From Desulfomonilia bacterium (lineage in GTDB: Bacteria > Desulfobacterota > Desulfomonilia > UBA1062), in the NCBI GenBank assembly GCA_036567785.1, contig DATCTV010000034.1, positions 102,468 to 166,467 of the forward strand: 64,000 bases of DNA, in the 5' to 3' direction. Under the pieces are notes generated by a model, which did not search any database, was not told the origin of the DNA, and saw only the letters and a program-made list of their open reading frames with translations. The translations under genes and the position numbers were made by a program. Numbering within the stretch: position 1 is the first letter of the stretch; the number at the start of each line of letters is the position of its first letter. This document shows, one piece after another, positions 40,801-48,185 of this stretch.

Positions 40801-40953
40801 GGCGTCTGATATTACCGGGTCGTAAGACGGCACTGATGACAATATGTCCGAACTCATCCTCAAATGAGACTGGGTCCACAGGCTCATCAAAATAAGCCCT
40901 GCGATGGTAAAAATCAGAAGCCTAAGATTGATGTTGTATCCCCGGAATTTCAT
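37840..40953 (-). CDS. MMPL/RND-type lipid exporter fused to a C-terminal class I SAM-dependent methyltransferase
   Basis: Two 6-TM bundles each preceded by a large periplasmic loop (MMPL topology). The C-terminal ~240 aa carry SAM motif I VLDIGCGYG and the downstream MTase motifs. Confidence 0.7.
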   Translation of the reverse strand: MKFRGYNINLRLLIFTIAGLILMSLWTQSHLRMSSDILSSVPSYDPVISDAKKIFDRYRLPDKVAVDLCLEGVALPDKDLLASYALRLENEMKKSGLFEKIGIDDPGSALPRILNMVADNLPGSFSAQDLNERIFPLINKEAIRNSLNADIELLGGFEGIGQSDMISKDPLGLRFIILERLRNFLEVKGSLVYKGQIFSSDGRHCLVVAHTRNPGMDTQFSRRISELFNRISNEFESDALRNRTPKIKLNAIGSYRSAMDNEKTAKRDVIFAAIVSTLGIAFILITCFPRPYIGLLSFFPGAAGTTAAMFVLSIIRPEMSLLALGFGGAILSFTVDSGISFFLFLDRTSMTSGKETSHEIRSVELMAMFTTAGAFLALVFSGFRIMADVGMFAALGAVFTFVFVHTLQPRIFISMPPAKRSALLPVEKIAEFLSLKPGWTGFILAAVFGITMAALAKPVFNADLNRMNAVGPVTIKAEETFKSVWGDVFSRIYFLSEGDSIEGLRNISDRMSLFFKEQVGKKTLASSFTLSDIIPSSYLSSLNLQDWKDFWNKDRVKALKSEIIPASEEYGFNADAFEPFMELLENPVITGTDLTVGSYEFLGLFTEDPGKKYLLISTAMPGPDYKAQPVFDEIHSKNLGSMLDYGLFTQRLSGLVHGIFMKTLITAGSALALLLLFYYLDITLAFLTLLPVAFSLICTFGTFTLIGHPIDIPGLMLAVVVLGLGIVFSIYIVRMQQRYIDEKHPSMKTIRASVLMAAAAILTGFSVLALARHPLLSSAGLSATLGILYTYAGTCLLLPPLLKRVFRQIPFPAAKDIQPGSPEHIKLVMSRFRHLEVYARMFARFKMKFDPMFPKLAGFMKSTGTVLDIGCGYGVQGVWLKTLFPGMRICALDPDRERIRIAGRVLGDDDEVHVSTAQAFDSYPETIDTALMLDMIHYIPETDLKKILLEIKSRLAADGRLILRVTIPSEKKVPWERWLEILRNKVARNAIWLRSKEDISFMLQETGYKLVLSEATAQQREETWFVAEPVSGRDFLT

Positions 40954-41672
40954 GACATACTCATACGCTTTCTTGTCGCCTGCGGAAAAACAAGCCTCAT
41001 GACAATCAGGCGAGTAAAGGTTGCAGAGTTCCTCAGGAAATCCACAAAAGGCCTGAAGTGAGAAACCCTCTTTCCGTTTTCAGGGTAGACGACACTGACA
41101 GGAACCTCATAGACCGGTATTTTATGCCAGTTCGCCAATACAAGAATTTCCACCTCAAACTGAAACCTGCTGGCCCTGCTTTTAAGGCTCAATATTTCCT
41201 TTACAGGGTAAATCCTGAACCCGCTCTGTGTATCTGTCAGAACGGGCCCCCCTGAAAGTTTTACCCAGAAGTTTGAAAATTTCCTTCCGAATCTGCTTGT
41301 CCAGGGAATACTTTCATCATCGAACATGTTTTTTCTGGCGCCTATGACAACAGGCCGTGCCCCCTCTTGTATTGATTCCATCAATCCTACGGCGTCACCA
41401 GGCACATGCTGCCCGTCTGCATCTATCGTTACGGCAAAATCGGCAATTTTAGATGCCTCTTTCAGGCCCGAGCGTATAGCCTCACCTTTGCCGATATTTC
41501 TTCCATGCCTGATAACCGTTATATTGTCATACCGTGCTAAAACTTCTGTTATCCCGTCAGTCGATCCGTCATCAACGACTATGACCGGCAGACCGAGTTC
41601 AATGCATCCGTCAAGCACAGAGGCCAGGGTTGCGGCATGGTTGTATACGGGGATGACAAAAGAGAACTGCAT
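40950..41672 (-). CDS. Family 2 glycosyltransferase (polyprenyl-phosphate sugar transferase-like)
   Basis: FSFVIPVYN…VDDGSTDG…(DxD)…RNIGKG: GT2 / GT-A fold motifs, 240 aa. First gene of a seven-gene minus-strand operon. Confidence 0.8.
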   Translation of the reverse strand: MQFSFVIPVYNHAATLASVLDGCIELGLPVIVVDDGSTDGITEVLARYDNITVIRHGRNIGKGEAIRSGLKEASKIADFAVTIDADGQHVPGDAVGLMESIQEGARPVVIGARKNMFDDESIPWTSRFGRKFSNFWVKLSGGPVLTDTQSGFRIYPVKEILSLKSRASRFQFEVEILVLANWHKIPVYEVPVSVVYPENGKRVSHFRPFVDFLRNSATFTRLIVMRLVFPQATRKRMSMS

Positions 41673-41886
41673 CCATCGGGTGTAAGATAAACGGCAGTAT
41701 CATGTCAATGCTCATTAGCTCTTGTGGGACAACAATATCATTGTTCGCCTTATTAATTTTTCCTGCTTACTTTTTATATAAATTAATAATATAATATTAA
41801 TGTACAATTAATACCTTTTCAGCGATCCTGTTTTTTAGGTTCAGTAGTCAGGCCACAGTTTTTAATTTTATCTTTGAGGAGTGAAC

Positions 41887-43809
41887 ATGAAAAACCTGAA
41901 TTTGAAGATTTACACCCTGCCAGGTTGTTTGGTCGTATTGTTCCTTATTCTGCCGGGATGCAAATGGCAGGCCCCCGTCCTCAATGATCTTTCCGTAAAG
42001 GCAGTCAGTTCCAGGACAATAACCCTTGCACAGCCTGTGCTCATTAAAGCGGGCTATCCCGAGGCTTCGGTCAATGCCTTTATCGGGCCTTCCGGACAGA
42101 TATCAGTCGACGGGTCAGATGTCAGCGGTTCAGCCGAAGGGCCGGTGGATGTCTCAAAAGGTAATTACCAGTTTAAAGGCCTGAACCCAGGGTCAAGCTA
42201 TGATATCATTGTTGTAGCAAAGAATATTTCCGGCTGTTCAGTTAAAAGCCTTGCCGGCATCAAGCCTCATATCCCTCAGATCGATCCGGCCTCATATCAG
42301 AGCATAGGCACGGATGAAATGGGTTTGTTCCGATGGTATCTGGCTCTTGCCGACGATCCCATTTCCGATTTCAGCAAGATTCCGTCATATGATGACAAGC
42401 AGACCGAGGGTTCTTCATACAGGTATTCGCTGGCATTCATGACCTATTTTCTTATTCTTGAGCAGTACCATAAGCTTCCTGCATGCGCAGAGATCATCAA
42501 GCCGCGCATGGACCGGCTGATCCAGAAAATACTTGACAGGCAGGTCTGGACCTACTGGGCCAATACAAGCCAGGGCGTGGAACTTCTTGAGCCTAAGATG
42601 GACAGGCCATACCCTGAACAGCACGACCCCGTCGCAGACCAGAACATTATGTATTCCGGCCACGTGGGGATGATGATCGCCTCTTATGAAATGCTCTACC
42701 GCGACATGAAATGGAGCGAGCCCGGTTCGATCATCTTCAAGTGGAGCGACACCGAACAGTACGTCTATGACAACCACTCGCTGCAGAAGGTCATGTACGA
42801 CCAGATGGCAAACAACCCGTATCACGGAATCGCATGCGAGCCTAATGCGGTATTCCCGGAGTGCAACCAGCACCCGATCATTTCGTTCATGCTGTACGAC
42901 CATGTACACGGCACCAGTCTGGCAGAAGCCCGCAACCTGTTCCTGGACTTTTTCCTCAAACGCGGGATGATCAATCCTCTGACTCACGAGGTCTGCGTGA
43001 ACTACCTTGTTAAGCAGAATATAGTCGTCAGTCAGGAAAACCCCAATTTCGGGAATCTGGCTTCTCTTTATACGATTCCCCAGGTACTTGCCGGTAAGCT
43101 GATTCTGCATGCGGCAGCCGCCGACGGCTGGACGGGCACATTCATGCATGCCTGGCAACCGGACTTCATTGAGCGCCATTATCCGTACCAGAAAAAACTG
43201 CATGTTCTTGATCCTGACAGCATGACCGCGCATCTTGACGGAAAAAAGGAGCAGGCCACCAACCAGCTTGCAACACCGTTTTTCGCCATGCTGGCCGCCG
43301 AGGTGGGTGATACCGACACCAGAGACGGTCTCATTCAATGGTGCAAGGACTTCTACAAGCCGGTCTGGGAAAACGGGATGCTTCACTACCCGGCAAAAGA
43401 GCCTGTCAACATCAACACTTCGGGTGAGTTCACGCCGTACGGTAACGCAACCACTGGCGCACTGATAGCGGTCGCCATGGCAAATTCTAAAAATGGGGTC
43501 TGGTCTCTCGTCAACAGGCCTTTCACTGACAGGGAATTCAACGCCCCCAAAGTATCAGGGGTTGACTTCCCCAATGCCCTGCTAAAGCGCGCGATCTATG
43601 ACTTCGAGAAGGAGGCGCTCATAATCACTACAGATGGCGGAGCCATTAAAAGCGGCAATACGTCATTCAGCGTGACGCAGCTTGATCCTGCCAGGTCATG
43701 GAGACTCCTAATGGACGGTGTTTGTGTTGGAGAATATACAGGGGTCAGCTCCGTCTCAATATCCGTTGCACTTGATTCTCAGCACGATTTTGTACTGATA
43801 GCGGAATAG
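41887..43809 (+). CDS. Lipoprotein: FN3-like domain plus large domain resembling the linalool dehydratase/isomerase (LDI) family, paralog 1
   Basis: Lipobox LPGC. About 100-aa FN3-like module (…YQFKGLNPGSSYDIIVVAKN…). The following ~450-aa domain has NIMYSGH (Met-x3-His), GIACEPNAVFPEC (Cys-x8-Cys) and RYSLAF, which I recall as the LDI active-site layout. The ATG at 41887 has a GAGGAG RBS. Confidence 0.55.
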   Translation: MKNLNLKIYTLPGCLVVLFLILPGCKWQAPVLNDLSVKAVSSRTITLAQPVLIKAGYPEASVNAFIGPSGQISVDGSDVSGSAEGPVDVSKGNYQFKGLNPGSSYDIIVVAKNISGCSVKSLAGIKPHIPQIDPASYQSIGTDEMGLFRWYLALADDPISDFSKIPSYDDKQTEGSSYRYSLAFMTYFLILEQYHKLPACAEIIKPRMDRLIQKILDRQVWTYWANTSQGVELLEPKMDRPYPEQHDPVADQNIMYSGHVGMMIASYEMLYRDMKWSEPGSIIFKWSDTEQYVYDNHSLQKVMYDQMANNPYHGIACEPNAVFPECNQHPIISFMLYDHVHGTSLAEARNLFLDFFLKRGMINPLTHEVCVNYLVKQNIVVSQENPNFGNLASLYTIPQVLAGKLILHAAAADGWTGTFMHAWQPDFIERHYPYQKKLHVLDPDSMTAHLDGKKEQATNQLATPFFAMLAAEVGDTDTRDGLIQWCKDFYKPVWENGMLHYPAKEPVNINTSGEFTPYGNATTGALIAVAMANSKNGVWSLVNRPFTDREFNAPKVSGVDFPNALLKRAIYDFEKEALIITTDGGAIKSGNTSFSVTQLDPARSWRLLMDGVCVGEYTGVSSVSISVALDSQHDFVLIAE

Positions 43810-43834
43810 AGAACCTGACGGGAGTTGGCAAACT

Positions 43835-45775
43835 ATGAGAATATTTATGCATGTTGGGTATGCCAAAATGTCCGGACTGGCCATATGCCTTTTCATGCTA
43901 ATAATCCTTATGCCCGGATGCAAATCTAAGCCAGAGGTGGCACCGGTCCTCAACGACCTGAACCTCAAGGCATACAGTTCACGTACCATAACGATCAGTC
44001 AGCCGAATTTTGCAACACCGGGCTATCCTTCACCGGCTGTAGAGGCATATATCGGGGCGACCGGGGCGATAACCGCTGAAGGGTCATCTGTTTCGGGGGC
44101 ATCCGAGGGACCGGTCGATGTGTCCAAAGACGGCTACCAATTCATGGGCCTCGCAACCGGCGCTTCCTATGACATCATCGTAATTGCAAAGAACAAGGCC
44201 GGCTTCTCGATCAAAAACCTTACAGGAGTGGTTCCGGCTGTGCCCAATGTAGATCCTGCCTCTTACCTTCAGATCGGGAATGACGAAATGGGTATGTTCA
44301 GATGGTATCTCACGATGTGTGACGATCCCCTGGACGACTTCTCCAAGATAGAATCCTGGGACAAGGACCAGTACTTCATCTCATCATACAGATACAGCAT
44401 TGCATTCATAACCTATATGCTCGCACTCGAGCAGTACCACAAGCTCAATGCCTGGCGCGAGTACATAAAACCCCGTATGGACAGGCTCATACAGAAGATG
44501 CTCATGAAGCAGGTATGGCAGTACTGGGCCATGAGAAGCAAAGGGGTCAGTTTTCTGGAGCCGTTATTGAATACGCCGTATCCAGAGGAACGCGATCCGG
44601 TAGGCCACAAGAACATCATGTACTCGGCCCACCTTGGTCAGATGATCGGGCTTTATGAGATGCTCTACAGGGACCTGAAATGGGACGAGCCCGGTTCCAT
44701 CGTGTTCAAGTGGAGCGAGACAGAGCAGTATGTCTATGACAATAACTCCCTGCAGAAGGTCATGTACGACCAGATGATGTACAACCAGCACCAGAGCATC
44801 GAATGCGAGCCTAATGCCGTCTTTTCCGAGTGTAACGAACACCCCATACTCTCCTTCATGCTGTACGACCATGTACACGGGACGAACCTTGCCGAGGCAC
44901 GCAAACGATTTCTGGACTTTTTCCTGGAGAAGAATTTCATCAACCCGATAACACACGAGACCGCCGTCCTCTATCTGGTCAAGCAGAAGACGATGATAAC
45001 CCAGGAGTTCTGCAGCTTCGGAAACGGCCTTTCCCTGGTATCCGTACCCATGGCCTGGCTGGGGCTGATAAATGCCAATGCCTCGATATCGAACGGATGG
45101 AACGGGGCCTTCATGCACGGCTGGGAACCTGCCCTTATTGAACGACATTATCCTTACCAGAAAAAGAGGCATGTGGTGGAGCCGGACAGCAATACCGCGC
45201 ACCTGAAGATAGAGATGATAACAGATCAGATAGCCACGCCGCTCTTCGCCATGCTGGCAGGTGAAGTGGGAGACACTGCCACAAGGGACAAACTCATAGC
45301 CTGGTGCAAGGACTTCTACAAACCGACATGGGACGACGGTATGCTGCATTACCCTGTCGGAAAAGACACATACGTCAACCTTCTAAGAATGGCATGGACG
45401 CCATGGCCCCAAGCCTTCACCGGCGTTCTTGTGGCATTCACGGCTGCCAATCCACCGAGCGGCATCTGGAAACTCCACAACAAGCCGTTCATCCAGCGAG
45501 ATTTCGAATCTCCGCAGGTGACGGAAGTCGACTTCCCCAATGTCCTGCTTACAAGGGCCGTCTACGACTTTGAAAAGGAGGCTCTTGTTATGTCCACAGT
45601 AGGCGGCGCACTCCATAGCGGCAGCACATCTTTCAATGTAACTCAGCTGGACAATAACAGGAAATGGAAGCTCTTCCTGGATGGGATTCTTCAGAATGAA
45701 TATATAGGGGTCCGTTCTGTTTCAATCAATGTTCCCCTTGATGCGCAGCATGATATTGTATTGGTTGCGGAATAG
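43835..45775 (+). CDS. Lipoprotein, FN3-like plus LDI-like domain, paralog 2
   Basis: Lipobox MPGC, same architecture. About 60% aa identity to paralog 1 and about 85% to paralog 3 by eye. Same Met-x3-His and Cys-x8-Cys motifs. Confidence 0.55.
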   Translation: MRIFMHVGYAKMSGLAICLFMLIILMPGCKSKPEVAPVLNDLNLKAYSSRTITISQPNFATPGYPSPAVEAYIGATGAITAEGSSVSGASEGPVDVSKDGYQFMGLATGASYDIIVIAKNKAGFSIKNLTGVVPAVPNVDPASYLQIGNDEMGMFRWYLTMCDDPLDDFSKIESWDKDQYFISSYRYSIAFITYMLALEQYHKLNAWREYIKPRMDRLIQKMLMKQVWQYWAMRSKGVSFLEPLLNTPYPEERDPVGHKNIMYSAHLGQMIGLYEMLYRDLKWDEPGSIVFKWSETEQYVYDNNSLQKVMYDQMMYNQHQSIECEPNAVFSECNEHPILSFMLYDHVHGTNLAEARKRFLDFFLEKNFINPITHETAVLYLVKQKTMITQEFCSFGNGLSLVSVPMAWLGLINANASISNGWNGAFMHGWEPALIERHYPYQKKRHVVEPDSNTAHLKIEMITDQIATPLFAMLAGEVGDTATRDKLIAWCKDFYKPTWDDGMLHYPVGKDTYVNLLRMAWTPWPQAFTGVLVAFTAANPPSGIWKLHNKPFIQRDFESPQVTEVDFPNVLLTRAVYDFEKEALVMSTVGGALHSGSTSFNVTQLDNNRKWKLFLDGILQNEYIGVRSVSINVPLDAQHDIVLVAE

Positions 45776-45829
45776 GACACACAAAAAATTATAGACAGAC
45801 GATTTCAGTCCAGACTTAGGAGGAAGGGT

Positions 45830-47752
45830 ATGCAAAAGAATTCCATGAAAACATTCAGCACCGTGATATGCCTTTTCCTGGCTGTTTTAATGATGCCGGG
45901 ATGCAAAAAGGCGGTTGCACCAGAGCTCAACGACCTGAGCCTCAAGACTTGCAGCGCGCGCTCAGCGACAATTGATAAGCCGAGTTTTGCCACACCGGGC
46001 GACCCGGAACCGATAGTGGAAGCTTACATCGGGGCAACCGGAACCATCTCAGTCGACGGATTATCTGTGTCAGGTGCTTTACAGGGGCCTGTTGACGTAT
46101 CCAAGGATGGCTGCCAGTTTACGGATCTTGTCAAAGGCTCTTCCTATGACATCATCGTCATTGCAAAGAACAAGGCCGGTTCCTCGATTAAAAGCCTTAC
46201 CGGAGTAGTTCCGGCAGTACCCACGGTGGATCCTGCCTCTTATCTCGAGATCGGGAATGACGAGATGGGCATGTTTAGATGGTACCTCTCAATGTGCGAC
46301 GATCCCCTGGATGATTTTTCGAAAATCGAATCCTGGGATCAGGATCAATTCTACATTTCATCATACCGCTACAGCATAGCGTTTACTACATACATGCTGG
46401 CTCTTCAGCAATATCACAAGCTCCCTGCCTGGCGCGAATACATAAAGCCCCGCATGGACAGGCTCATACAGAAGATGCTCCTGAAGCAGGTGTGGCAGTA
46501 CTGGGCCGTGCGCAGCAAGGGCGTTGATTTCATCGAACCTCTCCTGAACACGCCATATCCCGAAGAACACGATCCTGTAGGCCACAAGAACATCATGTAC
46601 TCAGGCCACCTGGGTCAGATGATAGGTCTCTACGAAATGCTTTACAGGGACATGAAATGGGACATGCCGGGTTCGATAGTCTTCAAATGGAGCGATACAG
46701 AAGAATATGTCTACAACAACTATTCCCTCCAGAAGGTGATGTACGACCAGATGATGTACAACCAGCACCAGAGCATCGAATGCGAGCCAAACGCTGTCTT
46801 CTCCGAGTGTAACGAACACCCGATACTCTCCTTCATGCTTTATGACCATGTTCACGGTACTAAGCTGGCAGAAGCCCGCAACAATTTCCTGGATTTCTTC
46901 CTTAAGAAAATGTTCGTAGATCCTCTTACGCATGAGACGGCCTTCTTCTATCTGGTCAAGCAGAAGACTATGATTACCCAGCAGTTCTGCAGCCTGGGCA
47001 ACGGACTTTCTCTTGTATCGGTTCCTCTTGCCTGGCTCGGGCTCGTTAATATAAATGCTTCGATATCGAACGGATGGAACGGCGTGTTCATGCACGGCTG
47101 GCAGCCGGACATAATAGAGCGCCATTACCCATATCAGAAAAAAAGGCATGTAGTTGAACCAGACAGCACCAGCGCCCACCTGAAGGTTGAGATGGTGACC
47201 GACCAGCTCGCCACACCCTTCTTCGCCATGCTGGCAGGTGAAGTAGGAGACACTGCCACGAGGGACAAACTCATAGCCTGGTGCAAAGACTTCTACAAGC
47301 CGACCCTGGATGACGACGGGATGCTGCATTACCCTGTGGGTCCGGACACCTATGTGAACCTTTCCAGGACGAAATGGTCAGAATTGCCGCAGGCCTTTAC
47401 GGGCGTGCTGATAACCTTCGCGGCTGTTAACCCGCCGAACGGAGTCTGGAAGCTTCACAACAGGCCGTTTACCCAACGCGACTTTGAGTCTCCGCAGATT
47501 ACGGGCCTGGACTACCCCAACATACTGCTGAAACGGGCGATATACGACTTTGAAAAGGAGGCCCTCATTGTATCTACCATGCCCGGAAAAGGCACTGGCA
47601 GCACGTCGATAAACATCACCCAGCTTGACCCTTCAAGGACATGGGACGTAATTGTTGATGGTGAGAATTTCTGTACTGTCAGCGGGACAAGTTCCACATC
47701 AGTTGATGTATCCATGGACGCAGGACATGACATTGTCCTGATAGCGGAATAA
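45830..47752 (+). CDS. Lipoprotein, FN3-like plus LDI-like domain, paralog 3
   Basis: Strong AGGAGG RBS, lipobox MPGC. Colinear with paralog 2. Confidence 0.55.
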   Translation: MQKNSMKTFSTVICLFLAVLMMPGCKKAVAPELNDLSLKTCSARSATIDKPSFATPGDPEPIVEAYIGATGTISVDGLSVSGALQGPVDVSKDGCQFTDLVKGSSYDIIVIAKNKAGSSIKSLTGVVPAVPTVDPASYLEIGNDEMGMFRWYLSMCDDPLDDFSKIESWDQDQFYISSYRYSIAFTTYMLALQQYHKLPAWREYIKPRMDRLIQKMLLKQVWQYWAVRSKGVDFIEPLLNTPYPEEHDPVGHKNIMYSGHLGQMIGLYEMLYRDMKWDMPGSIVFKWSDTEEYVYNNYSLQKVMYDQMMYNQHQSIECEPNAVFSECNEHPILSFMLYDHVHGTKLAEARNNFLDFFLKKMFVDPLTHETAFFYLVKQKTMITQQFCSLGNGLSLVSVPLAWLGLVNINASISNGWNGVFMHGWQPDIIERHYPYQKKRHVVEPDSTSAHLKVEMVTDQLATPFFAMLAGEVGDTATRDKLIAWCKDFYKPTLDDDGMLHYPVGPDTYVNLSRTKWSELPQAFTGVLITFAAVNPPNGVWKLHNRPFTQRDFESPQITGLDYPNILLKRAIYDFEKEALIVSTMPGKGTGSTSINITQLDPSRTWDVIVDGENFCTVSGTSSTSVDVSMDAGHDIVLIAE

Positions 47753-47762
47753 GGAGGTAAAA

Positions 47763-48185
47763 ATGAAGAAGTCTCAAATCTGGGCACTTGTAATTATTCT
47801 GCTGGGGGTGGTCGTCATACTTATCCCATGGCAGCTTTTCCCTGTCTGCGGAGTGGGTCGCTATGCACCGCCTGCCGGGGCTATGCCCCGGATGCACGGC
47901 TGTGACGGCACCCTTAAAGCCGCTACTTATCTGGGTATTATAACAATTTGCGCCGGGCTGCTGCCGCTATTTTTCAAACAGCACCTTGCCGGACTTATCT
48001 CGGCAGTTTCAACAGCAGTGATCGGCGTCCTTCTCATACTCTTCCCGACAGTCATAACAGGAGTCTGCAAGGTGCCGACAATGCCATGTGTCTTCGGGAC
48101 AAAACCTGCCCTCATAATGGCGGGTATAGTATTGATACTGGTGGCTGGCTCTTTCGGCATCATGCTGATGAAAAAGAAAAAGTAA
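47763..48185 (+). CDS. Small 4-TM integral membrane protein with conserved cysteines
   Basis: 140 aa with four hydrophobic helices and six Cys (CGVG, HGCDG, CAG, CKVPTMPC). 10 nt after paralog 3. Its stop overlaps the start of the permease gene (TAATG). Confidence 0.45.
   Translation: MKKSQIWALVIILLGVVVILIPWQLFPVCGVGRYAPPAGAMPRMHGCDGTLKAATYLGIITICAGLLPLFFKQHLAGLISAVSTAVIGVLLILFPTVITGVCKVPTMPCVFGTKPALIMAGIVLILVAGSFGIMLMKKKK

Larger units (their letters stand above)
43835..47752 (+). repeat. Tandem direct duplication: two ~1.9-kb gene copies (paralogs 2 and 3) with high nucleotide identity
   Basis: Long stretches of identical nucleotides between 44.2-45.7 kb and 46.2-47.7 kb. Examples: aagaacaaggccgg, tcatcatacagatacagcat / tcatcataccgctacagcat, tgcgagcctaatgc / tgcgagccaaacgc. 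Confidence 0.8.

Noticed and set aside
42415-47329. Long minus-strand ORFs (323, 261 and 242 aa) inside the three LDI-like genes
   Set aside because: They recur at equivalent positions in each paralog because the sense sequence is repeated. They are antisense artefacts of the tandem duplication, not genes.
47948-48184. Track start of the permease ORF at 47948 (MRRAAAAIFQT…)
   Set aside because: That N-terminal extension is read in another frame across the small membrane protein gene and is Arg/Ser-rich. The ATG at 48185 overlapping the upstream stop (TAATG) gives a proper FtsX-like N-terminal TM.
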